A stretch of 64,000 bases of DNA from Patescibacteria group bacterium (GTDB lineage Bacteria; Patescibacteriota; JAHJAL01), in NCBI GenBank assembly GCA_049322675.1, contig JBMORM010000017.1, positions 3,928 through 67,927 on the forward strand, read 5' to 3'. Position 1 is the stretch's first letter, and each line of letters opens with the position of its first letter. Positions 17,660-29,202 of the stretch are shown piece after piece. Both the position numbers and the translations under genes were made by a program. The notes under the pieces were generated by a model. That model did no database searches. It was not told the DNA's origin and worked only from the letters and a program-made list of their open reading frames with translations.

Positions 17660-19033
17660 TTGAAATTATCTTTCATAAATAAATATTCTTTGTTTTATTG
17701 TTTGGCTGGATTTGGCTTGTTGCTTTTGTATGCTTTGTTGTCGGTAATCGATGTAAAATTGGCGATGGGAGTGATGGGGGCGGGGATATTATTTTTTCTG
17801 TTTTGGTTGGATCTTAGATGGGGAATTGTGGTTTTATTGTTATCGGTTTTGTCGGGTCAGATTGTTCGTTTTAGTTTTGGTTCGGCGGCAATATTGCCTT
17901 CGGATGGAGTAATGGTGGTATTGTTATTGGTCTGGATTTTGAAAATACTGGTAGAAAAGAGGAAATTGGTATTTGATGTTACAATTGTTTCCTTGCTGGT
18001 ATTTTGGGTGGTTAGTCTGGTAATAAATTTGGCGATTGTGGATCGTTATGAACTCCAGCAACAGAAGACGATTTGGCTATATTGGTTAAGATTGATTATT
18101 TATTCTACTTGTTTGCCGATAACTATGAATATTGTTAATTGGTATGGCGAACAAAAGAAATTTTTTAGATGGTTTATTTACCTGGGATTGGCGTTTTTGG
18201 TTTTGGGTTTTGTGCAGTTGGTGATTTTGCCTGATATAAGTTTTTTAACGGATTATGGCTGGGATCCTCATCAGGGGAGATTGCTTTCAACTTTTTTGGA
18301 TCCCAATTTTGCCGGAGCGTTTTTGATAATATGTTTTGCGGTGAGTTTTAGTATGTATTTCGGGCAAGTAAAATGGAATAAACAGAAATTATGGTGGATA
18401 GTATTGAGTGGATTATTTTTGGGTGGAATTGTTTTGACTTTATCTCGTAGCGCTTTGGTTTCTTTGGTTTTTGTATTTGGTTGGTTAGCGTGGTGGTGGG
18501 ATAAAAGATTGTTGTTGTTTGGTTTATTTACTTCAATTACTTTGTTGATCAATGATCAGAGGTTGATGCAACGGGTGGTGGGGATAGTGGAATTTGATGA
18601 AACAGCAATGTTGAGATTGCAATCCTGGAATGATAGTTGGCAGATTGTGCAAGATAATTTTTGGACGGGGATTGGGTACAACGCTTTGTCGTTTGAACAG
18701 TTTCGTCGGGGCATAATTACTGATATCAATGTTCATTCGGCGGGCGGATCGGATAGTAGCTATTTGACAATTTGGACAACTCTGGGGTTGATAGGACTGT
18801 TTTTTTGGCTTTTGATTTTTGTTTTTTTTGTGTCTCGATCGATAACGATGTATTGGAAAGAAAAAAAAGATCAGAGTCAGAAATTTTTGATTTTGGGAGT
18901 GGTGTTGGCGGTTTTGGGAGTAATGATTCACGCTCAGTTTACCAATAGTATGTTATATGTGCATATTATGATTCCGGTTTGGTTTTTGATGGGAGTAGTG
19001 CTGGGAGGAAAAGATAAAATTTCCAATTTCTAA
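17660..19033 (+). CDS. O-antigen ligase-like (Wzy_C) membrane protein
   Basis: RLLSTFLDPN, TLSRSA, R..SW, TGIGYN; TTG start. Confidence 0.87.
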   Translation: MKLSFINKYSLFYCLAGFGLLLLYALLSVIDVKLAMGVMGAGILFFLFWLDLRWGIVVLLLSVLSGQIVRFSFGSAAILPSDGVMVVLLLVWILKILVEKRKLVFDVTIVSLLVFWVVSLVINLAIVDRYELQQQKTIWLYWLRLIIYSTCLPITMNIVNWYGEQKKFFRWFIYLGLAFLVLGFVQLVILPDISFLTDYGWDPHQGRLLSTFLDPNFAGAFLIICFAVSFSMYFGQVKWNKQKLWWIVLSGLFLGGIVLTLSRSALVSLVFVFGWLAWWWDKRLLLFGLFTSITLLINDQRLMQRVVGIVEFDETAMLRLQSWNDSWQIVQDNFWTGIGYNALSFEQFRRGIITDINVHSAGGSDSSYLTIWTTLGLIGLFFWLLIFVFFVSRSITMYWKEKKDQSQKFLILGVVLAVLGVMIHAQFTNSMLYVHIMIPVWFLMGVVLGGKDKISNF

Positions 19034-19089
19034 TTTTTAATTTTTAAACATATTTTGTTTAGAAATTAAAAATTAGAAATTAAAAATTT
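19017..19089. repeat. Heptamer inverted-arm element, aattttt variant; near-identical copy at 34012-34085
   Basis: taatttttaatttttaaac...ttttgtttagaaattaaaaatt in both copies; overlaps the last codons of the upstream CDS. Confidence 0.8.
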
Positions 19090-19094
19090 GGTTT

Positions 19095-20381
19095 ATGATT
19101 ATTTGGTTGTTGGTTGCTATTTTTTTAGTGATTACTTACCTGTTGGCGAAGGAAGATTTGTTGTGGGCGATTGGTTGGATGATATTTATGGCGCCATCAT
19201 ATATTGTGAGATTGAATTTTTTTGGGATTCCAACCAATGCTTTGGAGTTGGGTGTTTATGTTGTGTTTTTGGTGTGGATAATCAGAATAATTAGGGGTAA
19301 GAGTATTTTTCGCTGGAGAAAATTTTATTGGTTGCCCTTGATTTTGCTTTTTGTAGCTTTGATATCGATAATTTTGGTTGCTGATGACCGAAAAATGTCG
19401 TTGGGTCTTTGGAAAGGATGGATTTTTGATCCGATTTTGATTTTTTTGATTGTGAGTTGCGAATTTAGGAAGTTGGCGCAGATTTCATGGATAAAAAGTG
19501 GATTTTTGTTTTTGGTAGGGATGTTGGGAACAATCGGAATATGGCAATGGTTAACCGGAAATATTGATACGGTGGATGGTCGTTTGGCGGTGTTTTTCAC
19601 TTCGGCCAATTATTTGGCAATGCTGTTGGCTTCGGGTTTGAGTTTTTTGTTGGCTGGTTTTTTGATGGAAAAAAAGAGAAAATGGTGGGAAATATTTTTT
19701 TTGGTTTTAGGACTTTGGGCCTTGATTGCTTCGGGCTCATTTATAAGTGTATTTGCATTAGTCTTGACGGTGGGTTGGATGGTTTTGGCGGGATGGCAAA
19801 AAAAAGGAAATGTAATATTATGGGTGATATTTGGTTGTGTTTTAGTGGCGGCGATATTTTTTGGGACTCAAATCGGCTCAGAGAGAATGTCAAATATGCT
19901 GGATTTAAGCAAAAGATCGTCGGTGACAGTTCGGATGCAGGTTTGGCAGACGGCGTGGGCAATGGTGGCGGACAATCCTGTTGTTGGTATTGGTTTGGGA
20001 AATTTTGAGAAAAAATATATTGAGTATTTACCGTCAGTAGTTGCCAATCCTTTGGAATGGCGGATGCTGCATGCGCATAATTTTTGGCTACAAACTTGGC
20101 TAACTATGTCTATCTTTGGATTATTGGTGTTTTTGATGATAGTTATTTATAGTTGGTGGTTGGGAATGAGAATGATAAAAAGGTTAGAAAAACAATTTTG
20201 GGTAGTCTATGGGTTAATGGGATATTTATTGTCATTTGTTTTAGTCGGCTTGTTGGATACTCCTTATTATAAAAATGATTTTTCGTTGATTTTTTGGATA
20301 ATGATTGGTTTGTTGATAGCGTTGACAAAAATTTTACAGAAAGAAAAAAGATATTTGAAAAAAATGGGGAAAAAGATATGA
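19095..20381 (+). CDS. O-antigen ligase-like (Wzy_C) membrane protein
   Basis: GRLAVFFTSANY, R..VW, GIGLGNF, HAHNFW. Confidence 0.88.
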   Translation: MIIWLLVAIFLVITYLLAKEDLLWAIGWMIFMAPSYIVRLNFFGIPTNALELGVYVVFLVWIIRIIRGKSIFRWRKFYWLPLILLFVALISIILVADDRKMSLGLWKGWIFDPILIFLIVSCEFRKLAQISWIKSGFLFLVGMLGTIGIWQWLTGNIDTVDGRLAVFFTSANYLAMLLASGLSFLLAGFLMEKKRKWWEIFFLVLGLWALIASGSFISVFALVLTVGWMVLAGWQKKGNVILWVIFGCVLVAAIFFGTQIGSERMSNMLDLSKRSSVTVRMQVWQTAWAMVADNPVVGIGLGNFEKKYIEYLPSVVANPLEWRMLHAHNFWLQTWLTMSIFGLLVFLMIVIYSWWLGMRMIKRLEKQFWVVYGLMGYLLSFVLVGLLDTPYYKNDFSLIFWIMIGLLIALTKILQKEKRYLKKMGKKI

Positions 20382-21493
20382 AAATTGCTATTGATGCCAG
20401 GTTTATCAGTAATGGTTCCGGCTTGGGACGTTACGCATACAAGCTATTGGAGTTTTTGTTGAAGTTGGATAACAAAAATGAATATATAATTATTGTGTAT
20501 AAGGGTGAAGAGAAGTTTGTTGATTATAAATATGGAAAATATCGGGTGCTTGGAGTTGATTTCCAACATTATTCGTTGGCGGAGCAATGGGGATATTGGA
20601 AATTTTTAAACAGTTTGAAATGTGATTTGGTGCATTTTACCAATTTTAATCATCCTATACTTTATCGTGGTAAGTTTGTGGTCACGATTCATGACTTAAC
20701 GTTGATGTTTTACCCGGGCAGAGTAAGGAGAAAATGGATTTCGGAGTTTGGTTATAAATTGGTTATGAAAAGTGCGGTCTTGAATTCGGCGAAGATTATT
20801 GCGATTTCAGAATTTACCAAAAGAGATATCTTAAAATATTTTGGTGGGCGGAAAAACAAAATGGAGGTAATATATGAAGCCGCCAATGAAAAGTTTGAGC
20901 AGATAAAAAATTTGTCCAAGATAACGCGAACAAAAGAAAAATATCATATTTCCAAACCATATTATTTGTACACAGGTCAGTGGCGGGTGCATAAAAATCT
21001 GGTGAGATTGATTGAGTCGTTTTCCATGGTTAAAGATCAGAATCATGATACTCAGTTGGTTTTGGTTGGCAAAGAGGATCCGCGTTATCCGGAAGTAAGA
21101 GAATCGATCTCCAAATCCAAGTACAAAAATGATATTATAATAACTGGATTTATTGCTGATGAAGATTTGTCTTCATTGTATAGTGGTGCGATTAGTTTTG
21201 TTTTTCCTTCGCTGTATGAAGGTATTGGTTTACCACCTTTGGAAGCGATGCGTTGTGGAATACCGGTAATATCTTCTGATGCTTCCTGTATGCCGGAGAT
21301 TTTGGAGGAGGCGGTGTTGTATTTTGATCCTTATGATTTGCAGGAAATTTCGGAGGCAATGATCAGGGTGTTTCGAGAGGAGAAATTACGAGAAGACTTG
21401 ATTAAAAAAGGTTTTCGGCAAGTTGAAAAATATTCATGGGAGAAGATGGCGGCGGAAACTTTGGTTGTATATAATAGTATTTTGGGTGGTTAG
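20378..21493 (+). CDS. Glycosyltransferase family 4 (group 1)
   Basis: MKIAIDAR start overlapping the upstream stop (ATGA); TIHDL, HKNL, EGIGLPPLEAM. Confidence 0.93.
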   Translation: MKIAIDARFISNGSGLGRYAYKLLEFLLKLDNKNEYIIIVYKGEEKFVDYKYGKYRVLGVDFQHYSLAEQWGYWKFLNSLKCDLVHFTNFNHPILYRGKFVVTIHDLTLMFYPGRVRRKWISEFGYKLVMKSAVLNSAKIIAISEFTKRDILKYFGGRKNKMEVIYEAANEKFEQIKNLSKITRTKEKYHISKPYYLYTGQWRVHKNLVRLIESFSMVKDQNHDTQLVLVGKEDPRYPEVRESISKSKYKNDIIITGFIADEDLSSLYSGAISFVFPSLYEGIGLPPLEAMRCGIPVISSDASCMPEILEEAVLYFDPYDLQEISEAMIRVFREEKLREDLIKKGFRQVEKYSWEKMAAETLVVYNSILGG

Positions 21494-21568
21494 AGTTTGG
21501 AATTGATTTAAAAATATCGGATGTAAAAATTTTTAGTATAAATATTTCATTAATTTATTTGAGGAGAA

Positions 21569-23617
21569 ATGAGTATGGAATTGGCAAACACTCTTTTGAC
21601 GGCATCGATTGGAATAGCGGTTCTGGCCGTTATATGGGGATTGATTCTGGTTTATCGAATTGTCAAAATGCCGGCAGGAAATGAAAAAATGCAGGAGATC
21701 GCCAAAGCAATTCAGGTTGGAGCGAATGCTTATATGAAGCGTCAATATACTTGGGTAGCGGTGGTAGCGGTGGTGTTGTTTTTGTTGTTGTATTTTTTAA
21801 TGAAGGACGCCAATATTGCGATAGGATTTTTGGTGGGAGCGTTTTTGTCTGCTTTGACTGGATATATCGGTATGAGTGTTTCAGTGCGGGCCAATGTGCG
21901 TACTGCTGAAGCGGCCAAGAGTGGTTTGGGCAAGGCTTTGGATGTGGCTTTTAGCGGAGGAACTGTTACTGGTTTGTTGGTGGTGGGTTTGAGTTTGTTG
22001 GGAGTGGCGGGATATTATTTTTTGACCGGAGCAGATGCAGAGGCAGTTGATGGTTTGGTTGGTTTGGGTTTTGGTGGAAGTTTGATTTCGGTATTTGGTC
22101 GGTTGGGTGGAGGAATTTTTACCAAAGGTGCCGATGTCGGAGCTGATTTGGTTGGTAAAGTAGAAGCGGGGATCCCGGAAGATGATCCGAGAAATCCGGC
22201 GGTGATTGCTGATAATGTGGGCGATAATGTGGGCGATTGTGCGGGTATGGCGGCGGATTTATTTGAGACTTATGCGGTGACGGCGGTGTCGGCGATGTTG
22301 TTGGCCAGAATTGCTTTCAATGAAAATCCCAATGCTTTGGTTTTACCATTGGCGATGGGCGCTATATCCATTTTGGGTTCAATAATTGGTACTTTCTTTG
22401 TTCGTTTGGGCAAAGATAAAAAAATCATGAGTGCTTTATATACCGGTTTGATCGTAGCAGGATTGACTAGTGCGGTTGGTTTCTTTGTCTTGATGTATTA
22501 TTTAATGAGCAACAATGGGGTTTATTCTTATACCAATTTGTTTATAATCTCTTTGATCGGGTTATTGGTTACTGGTTTGATTGTTTGGATTACCGAGTAT
22601 TATACTGCCAAGAATTTTAGTCCGGTACAGAGAATTGCAAAATCTTCTACTAGTGGACATGCAACAAATATTATTACCGGTTTGGCAGTGGGAATGGAAG
22701 CGACGGTTTTGCCGGCCTTGGTTATTGTGGCGGCGATTGCTTTTAGTTATTATTTGGCAGGTATATACGGTGTGGCTATTTGTGCGATGTCAATGTTGTC
22801 GATGGCGGGAATTGTGGTGGCGATTGATGCTTATGGTCCGATAACCGATAATGCTGGGGGTATTGCCGAAATGTCCAATTTGGGTCCGGAGATTAGAGAA
22901 GTAACAGACAATTTGGATTCTGTTGGTAACACTACCAAGGCAGTTACAAAAGGATATGCGATTGGATCGGCGGCGTTGGCAACGGTTGTTTTGTTTGGAG
23001 CTTATGCTGATGAGGTGGAAAGCAGATTGGGCGGGGTGGTTAAATTTATGATTAGTGATCCCTATGTAATTATCGGTTTGCTTATTGGTGGATTTATTCC
23101 GTTTTTGTTTGCGTCTTGGAGTATGGAGGCGGTAGGTAAAGCGGGGATGAAAGTAGTGGAAGAGGTTAGAAGACAGTTTAAACAAATAAAGGGCTTGATG
23201 GAAGGTACAGCTAAACCAGATTACGCCAAGGCGGTGGATATTGTGACCAATGAAGCAATTTATCAGATGATTTGGCCGGCGATGTTACCAGTCGTGATTC
23301 CGGTTTTGATTGTAATAATCGGATTGTTTTTGAAATCTGGTCAGGGAGCTTCAATTTTGGGGGGTGTATTGGTTGGAAGTATCGTTACCGGGTTTTATTT
23401 GGCGTTATCTATGACAACAAGCGGTGCAGCCTGGGATAATGCTAAAAAATATATTGAGGAAGGTGAATATGGTGGTAAAGGTTCGGATGCGCACGCGGCG
23501 GCGGTAACTGGTGATACAGTAGGTGATCCATATAAAGATACGGCTGGTCCGGCGATTAACCCAATGATAAAGATTTTGAATATAGTGGCGATTTTGTTGG
23601 TGAAGTTTTTGAAATAG
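21569..23617 (+). CDS. hppA: Membrane-bound H+-translocating pyrophosphatase, K+-independent type
   Basis: [38 protein letters not shown]; GNTTKA (Lys form indicates K+-independence). Confidence 0.95.
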   Translation: MSMELANTLLTASIGIAVLAVIWGLILVYRIVKMPAGNEKMQEIAKAIQVGANAYMKRQYTWVAVVAVVLFLLLYFLMKDANIAIGFLVGAFLSALTGYIGMSVSVRANVRTAEAAKSGLGKALDVAFSGGTVTGLLVVGLSLLGVAGYYFLTGADAEAVDGLVGLGFGGSLISVFGRLGGGIFTKGADVGADLVGKVEAGIPEDDPRNPAVIADNVGDNVGDCAGMAADLFETYAVTAVSAMLLARIAFNENPNALVLPLAMGAISILGSIIGTFFVRLGKDKKIMSALYTGLIVAGLTSAVGFFVLMYYLMSNNGVYSYTNLFIISLIGLLVTGLIVWITEYYTAKNFSPVQRIAKSSTSGHATNIITGLAVGMEATVLPALVIVAAIAFSYYLAGIYGVAICAMSMLSMAGIVVAIDAYGPITDNAGGIAEMSNLGPEIREVTDNLDSVGNTTKAVTKGYAIGSAALATVVLFGAYADEVESRLGGVVKFMISDPYVIIGLLIGGFIPFLFASWSMEAVGKAGMKVVEEVRRQFKQIKGLMEGTAKPDYAKAVDIVTNEAIYQMIWPAMLPVVIPVLIVIIGLFLKSGQGASILGGVLVGSIVTGFYLALSMTTSGAAWDNAKKYIEEGEYGGKGSDAHAAAVTGDTVGDPYKDTAGPAINPMIKILNIVAILLVKFLK

Positions 23618-23646
23618 TTGAAAAATTTTTTGATTATTTCTTTTCC

Positions 23647-23680
23647 AAATAGCGTCTTAACAAAACAAGGCGCTATTTTT
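23647..23680 (+). terminator. Intrinsic terminator
   Basis: aaatagcgtctt...aaggcgctattt followed by T tract. Confidence 0.65.
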
Positions 23681-23733
23681 ATATTTTATTTATGGTGTTT
23701 TTTTGTTATTTTTAGGATAGATAAAAAAATGCT

Positions 23734-25677
23734 ATGAAGAAAAAAGTAAAAAAACAACTGTCGAAAAATAAAACGGAGAAGATTGAGGAAAAGCCAAAGA
23801 AAGTTATCCAATCTTCTGTAATAAAGAAATATGGCCGATGGTTGATATTGTTGTTGGCTGTTTGGTTGACAGTGGTTTTGTTTGTTTATTGGGGTTTAGA
23901 GATGGTTTTTGCCAATAGGGTAGCATGGGGATTGCAATTGGATGAAAAAAAAGTAGGTGGAATGACGGCAGAACAATTGTCTGATTTGTTTTCGCAAAAG
24001 AAAGAAAATATGGCTAGTGGAGTAGATTTGTATTGGGGGGATAAAAAGGTTGATACCGCCAAATGGGAAGAGATCGGTTTTGATTTGGATTGGGATTCGT
24101 GTCAGGATAAAGTTTTGTACTATGATAAATCTGAAAGTTTTATCGAGCGGCAGAAAGTACGGTTGGATTCTTTGATTTCCAAAAGGAGGGTGCAGTGTGA
24201 TTTATATTTTGATGAATTTGATTTTCTATATTGGCTAAATGGCTTAAAAACAAAGCTTAATCAACCGGCAAAGTCTTATTCTATTGAGAAAGATGGGGAT
24301 AAATTAATTTTGGTTGAAGGATATACTGGAAAAGTAGTTGACGAAAAGGCACTGAAAGACCAGATGATTTCGTCAATCAAAAATTTAAATTTTGATAAGA
24401 TAGATATTCGTTCGATTATTGAAGAACCACAGGTAGCAAAATTGATGGCGGAGGAGAAATTGGATCAAGCACAGAATGTTTTGCGGCATGGAGCGGTTGA
24501 TTTGACGTACAAGGAGTGGAAAATTCCTTTGAGTGTAGATTTGCTGGCGGATTGGATCAAGTTTGAGTTAAGGCCAACAAACAATGGTCAAGAAGAATAT
24601 GTTTTATCTTATGACTTGAATAAGATTGATAACTATTTTAATCAAACGGCATATGAGTTTGAAATCAAACCGGTGGATGCTCGGTTGAAAATGACTGAAC
24701 AAGGGGTGCAAGTTGAGAGTGAGGGGCAAGATGGTCTGATGATCAATAGAATTAAGTTTTTGGATTTGTTGGAAAACAAATTGTCCGATTCGGATTTAAA
24801 AGTGTTGGAGTTGCCGGTAGAGGAAACGAAGGCGGGTATTGATGGAAAAAAGATAGATGATTTGGGTATTGTGGAATTATTGGCTTCTGGTGAATCGGAT
24901 TATTCTTGGTCTCCGGTCAATCGAGTCCATAATATTGCGGTGGGGGCAGAAAAATTTGATGGTACTGTGATAGCTCCGGGTGAGGAGTTTAGTTTTACTT
25001 CGCGTTTGGGTATGGTTGGTCCGGCGGAGGGTTTTTTGCCGGAATTGGTTATTGCTGACAATGAAACCAGACCAGAATATGGAGGTGGGTTGTGTCAGGT
25101 TTCGACTACGATGTATCGGGCGGCAATCAATTCTGGTTTGCCGATTACTGAACGACATCCCCATCAATATCGGGTGTCATACTATGAACCGGCGGGGATG
25201 GATGCGACTATTTATGTTCCTAGTCCAGATCTAAAATTTGTCAATGATACCGGTAATTATATTTTGATTGAATCGATGGTGAGTGATTACACTCTGAGGT
25301 TTAATTTTTATGGGAAAAAAGATGGGAGAAAAGTGGAGGTAACTGAGCCTTATATATATAATATTACTTCTCCGCCTGCTCCGGTTTATATTTATACTTC
25401 CAGTTTAGCGGCGGGAGAAAAATATCAAGTTGACAGCGCGCATTATGGTGCGGATGCGATTTTCTATCGAACGATAACTATGCCCGATGGGAAAGAAAAG
25501 AAAGAGGAATTTTTTAGTCGTTATCAAGCTTGGCCGGCAAAGTTTAAAGTGGGAGAAGGGGAAGTGAAGAAAGAAATTAACAATGAACAATTAATAATTA
25601 ATAATAAAGAAGATAATAAAAATGATAATCAAACTGATCAAGGGGTAAAGGAAAATGATTTGAGTCCCGCAGTTTAG
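23734..25677 (+). CDS. VanW-family protein with PG-binding_4-like region
   Basis: NRVHNI, PGEEFSF, YGGGLCQVSTT, ERHPH, GMDATIY..DLKFVNDT. Confidence 0.9.
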   Translation: MKKKVKKQLSKNKTEKIEEKPKKVIQSSVIKKYGRWLILLLAVWLTVVLFVYWGLEMVFANRVAWGLQLDEKKVGGMTAEQLSDLFSQKKENMASGVDLYWGDKKVDTAKWEEIGFDLDWDSCQDKVLYYDKSESFIERQKVRLDSLISKRRVQCDLYFDEFDFLYWLNGLKTKLNQPAKSYSIEKDGDKLILVEGYTGKVVDEKALKDQMISSIKNLNFDKIDIRSIIEEPQVAKLMAEEKLDQAQNVLRHGAVDLTYKEWKIPLSVDLLADWIKFELRPTNNGQEEYVLSYDLNKIDNYFNQTAYEFEIKPVDARLKMTEQGVQVESEGQDGLMINRIKFLDLLENKLSDSDLKVLELPVEETKAGIDGKKIDDLGIVELLASGESDYSWSPVNRVHNIAVGAEKFDGTVIAPGEEFSFTSRLGMVGPAEGFLPELVIADNETRPEYGGGLCQVSTTMYRAAINSGLPITERHPHQYRVSYYEPAGMDATIYVPSPDLKFVNDTGNYILIESMVSDYTLRFNFYGKKDGRKVEVTEPYIYNITSPPAPVYIYTSSLAAGEKYQVDSAHYGADAIFYRTITMPDGKEKKEEFFSRYQAWPAKFKVGEGEVKKEINNEQLIINNKEDNKNDNQTDQGVKENDLSPAV

Positions 25678-25721
25678 ATTGGATGTAAAAATTGTTTTAA
25701 TGTTATCAAGGGAGTGTTTTT

Positions 25722-27122
25722 ATGCAAAAAGAAATTAATCCGGGAATTTTTAAGGCTTATGATATCAGGGGGGTAGCGGGAGTGGATTTGGATGAGGAAA
25801 TAATGGAGTTGATAGGAAAAGGATTTGGAACATTTGTAAGAAAAAATGGAAAAAAGAAAATTGTTTTAGGAAGAGACATTCGAAAAACATCTCCCGTTTT
25901 TGCGGCGGCTGTGGCAAGAGGATTGTTGTCAACTGGTTGCGATGTATTTGATGCCGGGGTGGTCGTGACTCCGAATATTTATTATGCAAGCAATAAATAT
26001 GATTTTGATGCCGGAGTGATGATAACAGCCAGTCATAATCCGGCTGAACACAATGGGGTAAAAATGACATGGCAGAAAACTTCTTTATCTAGTCAGAAAA
26101 TCCAGGAAATAAAAGATATTATTGTTGGAGGTGAGTTTGAGGTTGGGGAGGGAAAAGAGGAAGAATTTTCACTGGCACGAATTGATTATATTGATGAGAT
26201 TAGTTCTAGGGTGGTTTTAAAGAAGCCTTTAAAAGTAGTGGTTGATCCTTCCAATGCTACGGCAATAACTGTGGTGGAAGATTTGTTGAAAAAAATGAAT
26301 TGCGAAGCAATAATGATTAATGGTGAGATTGATCCTGATTTTAAAACTCATCAACCTGATCCGATAGTACATGAAAACTATCCGCCTTTGGTGGCCAAAA
26401 TTTTGGAGGTTGGTGCCGATTTGGGGGTGATGTTTGATGGTGACGCTGATCGGGTCGGTTTTGTTGATGAAAAAGGAAATATTTGGCTGGGAGACAAGAT
26501 TCAGATGTTGTTGGTGCGGGATATTTTGCCGAAAAATCCCGGTAGTAAAGTAATAGTGGAATTAAAAAATTCTGAAGCGGTTGTGGAAGAAGTAAATAGG
26601 TTGGGTGGTGTTCCGATTTTTGGTCAGACGGGGCATACTTTGATCGAAGAAAAATTGCATGCGGAAGGGGCGATTTTGGCGGCGGAGATGAGTTGTCATT
26701 ATTATATTGCTGATCAATGGTACAAATTTGATGATGCAATGTATGCCATGGCCAGGATATTGCAGATAATAACGGATTCGGGACGTACTTTTTCTGATTT
26801 GATGTTGGAATTACCTGATTATCCTTCTACTCCTGAATATCGAGTGGCCGTTCCTCAAGACAGATTGAAAAATATTGTGGCGGAAGTAACCGAATATTTC
26901 AAAGAAAAGTGTGATAAGTATTTGGATATGGATGGGATAAAGGGCTATATGTATGATGGTTGGTTTTTGATTCGTTCGTCCAATACTCAGCCGATTATTT
27001 CTGTTCGGGTTGAAGCCAAGACAGTTGATGGTTTGGAAAAACTCAAAAAAGTGATAAAGGAAAAATTGGATCAAATCGAGGGGGTAAATCTGGACTGGGA
27101 TCGACAGTATGACGTTGTTTAA
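25722..27122 (+). CDS. Phosphomannomutase/phosphoglucomutase
   Basis: IFKAYDIRG, ITASHNP, FDGDADR, AEMSCH. Confidence 0.93.
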   Translation: MQKEINPGIFKAYDIRGVAGVDLDEEIMELIGKGFGTFVRKNGKKKIVLGRDIRKTSPVFAAAVARGLLSTGCDVFDAGVVVTPNIYYASNKYDFDAGVMITASHNPAEHNGVKMTWQKTSLSSQKIQEIKDIIVGGEFEVGEGKEEEFSLARIDYIDEISSRVVLKKPLKVVVDPSNATAITVVEDLLKKMNCEAIMINGEIDPDFKTHQPDPIVHENYPPLVAKILEVGADLGVMFDGDADRVGFVDEKGNIWLGDKIQMLLVRDILPKNPGSKVIVELKNSEAVVEEVNRLGGVPIFGQTGHTLIEEKLHAEGAILAAEMSCHYYIADQWYKFDDAMYAMARILQIITDSGRTFSDLMLELPDYPSTPEYRVAVPQDRLKNIVAEVTEYFKEKCDKYLDMDGIKGYMYDGWFLIRSSNTQPIISVRVEAKTVDGLEKLKKVIKEKLDQIEGVNLDWDRQYDVV

Positions 27123-27149
27123 TTATTTATTTATATTTGGAGAACAAAC

Positions 27150-27518
27150 ATGGATGATTATGGATATAGTTCAGGGTTTGATACGTACAATGCGTATGAT
27201 ACTTACGGATCTTCTTATAGTTCGGGAGGGGAGGATATAGAGGGAATGGTGACTGGAATAGTGGCGGGTATAGGTGCTTTGGGGATTGGGGCGATTATTT
27301 TGATTGGATTTATATGTTTTGTCTGTTGGTTGTTGTGGATTTGGATCCAGAGCAGATATTTGAAAAAAATGGGTTATAGTCCTTGGTTAGCTTTACTCAG
27401 AGTGATCCCGATTGTAGATTTTTTTATGTTGATATATTTTGCTTTTGTAGAATGGCCGGTGGAAAAATTGGCTAAAGGATTGTCTGGAAGTGTAAAAAAG
27501 CTTGAAACAAAGGAGTAG
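27150..27518 (+). CDS. Hypothetical membrane protein
   Basis: Tyr/Ser-rich N-terminus; KKMGYSPWLALL.IPIV motif. Confidence 0.65.
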   Translation: MDDYGYSSGFDTYNAYDTYGSSYSSGGEDIEGMVTGIVAGIGALGIGAIILIGFICFVCWLLWIWIQSRYLKKMGYSPWLALLRVIPIVDFFMLIYFAFVEWPVEKLAKGLSGSVKKLETKE

Positions 27519-27644
27519 TTTTAATTTGTTATTCGATATATCTTCGGGTCAATAAACTCGAAGATATTTTTTAGTTTGGTTTTCCCGTTATATTTTGCTA
27601 GTATTATTTTGTAATCTTATTGGTTTTTTGGGAATATTTGAGAT

Positions 27645-28334
27645 ATGAAAATACCAAATCATTTGGCAATAATCATGGATGGCAATCGACGTTGGGCCAA
27701 AAAAGAGGGGAAAGAAAAAGTTACTGAGGGACACAAATGGGGAGCACAATCTCTTGAAGATATGGTTGAGGCGGTAGCGGAATTGGGAATCAAATATTTT
27801 ACGGTTTATGCTTTTTCGACAGAAAATTTTTCGCGATCAAAAGAAGAATTAAAGGCTTTGTTTGATTTGTGTGTTGGGTTCGCCCAGACCAGGTGGCAAA
27901 AATTGAGAGCAGAAGGTATCCAGGTAAAAATATATGGCAAGTTGGGTCTTTTTCCTGATTATGTAGAAAAAGCGATGATTGCATTGTTGGAAAAAACTCA
28001 AATTTCTAACCCAAAAATGGTTTTGGGTTTGTGTTTCGGTTACGGTGGTCGTCAGGAAATAGTGGAGTGTTGTCAAAATTTGTTGCGGCAGAGCAATAAT
28101 GTTAGAGATATTTCTGAAGAAATGTTTGAAAAAAATCTATTTTCGGCTGGCATTCCTGATATAGACTTGGTGATTAGGACTGGTGGGGCACAGAGAATAA
28201 GTAATTTTATGCTTTGGAAAATAGCGTATGCGGAATTGTATTTTACTGATAAATATTGGCCCGAATTTACAAAAAACGATTTATTTTTGGCTTTGGAAGA
28301 GTATGAAAACAGGGAACGTCGATTTGGAAAGTAG
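27645..28334 (+). CDS. uppS: Undecaprenyl diphosphate synthase
   Basis: HLAIIMDGNRRWA, YAFSTEN, YGGRQEI, IRTGG..RISNF. Confidence 0.95.
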   Translation: MKIPNHLAIIMDGNRRWAKKEGKEKVTEGHKWGAQSLEDMVEAVAELGIKYFTVYAFSTENFSRSKEELKALFDLCVGFAQTRWQKLRAEGIQVKIYGKLGLFPDYVEKAMIALLEKTQISNPKMVLGLCFGYGGRQEIVECCQNLLRQSNNVRDISEEMFEKNLFSAGIPDIDLVIRTGGAQRISNFMLWKIAYAELYFTDKYWPEFTKNDLFLALEEYENRERRFGK

Positions 28335-28335
28335 A

Positions 28336-29202
28336 TTAGAGCGGAAAAATAATATCTTTGTTTGTACTGGTTTGGAGAATCTGAATATTTTTTTGGTTGA
28401 GTAGATTGATTGTTTTTTGACTGGGATGATTGAATCGGTTATTCTGACCGCAGGAAATTATAGCAATATCGGGCGATGTGGTTTCAATAAAACTGTTGCT
28501 TGTGGCTGATTCTGAGCCGTGGTGCGCTATTTTTAAAATATCAACATTTATGTCTTGTTGATATTTTTTTGTGAGGGAAATTTCTATGTTTTTGGAAATA
28601 TCTCCGGTGAGCAGGATTTTTTTATCTTCAGTTGTTTTGTTTAATAATAAAACCAACGAATTATCATTGAGGTCATTTACTAGTGGTGGATTTTGGTTAA
28701 AAGGGTAGAGAATGTTCAAGGAATATTTGTCGAATAAAATTTTTTGGGGAAAATAACCGTAAAATATTTCCGTATTTTGGTTTTTTGCTAAGGAAATTAG
28801 ATTTTCCATGAGTGAATTGGAATCGGAAATTTTGGGTATGAGTAATTTGTCGATGTGGTAGTTTTCGAAAACAAAGAAAAGACCTGTGATGTGGTCTTCG
28901 TGAGGATGAGTAAGGATCATTAGCTCGATATGCCGATCATATGGCAAAAGGATATTTGATAATTTGTTTAGAACAGCATTATCTGGTCCGCCATCAATTA
29001 GAATTTGTTGCTGATTTTTGGTATTTATTAAAATGCAGTCTCCTTGTCCGACGTCCAAAAAAGATATTGTAGGTTTGATTGGTCGATTTAGCCAAAGGAG
29101 ACAGATGCCTAGAATACAATTTAAAGCAAGGAGGGTGGCTAATATTTTATTGAGTTTTTTTAGTGCCGAGAGATTTTGGGTGGAATGCTTGGTGATAGAC
29201 AT
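28336..29202 (-). CDS. ComEC-associated metallo-beta-lactamase-fold nuclease
   Basis: FLDVGQGD, THPHEDH, TGD, HHGS, N.FNHP. Confidence 0.9.
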   Translation of the reverse strand: MSITKHSTQNLSALKKLNKILATLLALNCILGICLLWLNRPIKPTISFLDVGQGDCILINTKNQQQILIDGGPDNAVLNKLSNILLPYDRHIELMILTHPHEDHITGLFFVFENYHIDKLLIPKISDSNSLMENLISLAKNQNTEIFYGYFPQKILFDKYSLNILYPFNQNPPLVNDLNDNSLVLLLNKTTEDKKILLTGDISKNIEISLTKKYQQDINVDILKIAHHGSESATSNSFIETTSPDIAIISCGQNNRFNHPSQKTINLLNQKNIQILQTSTNKDIIFPL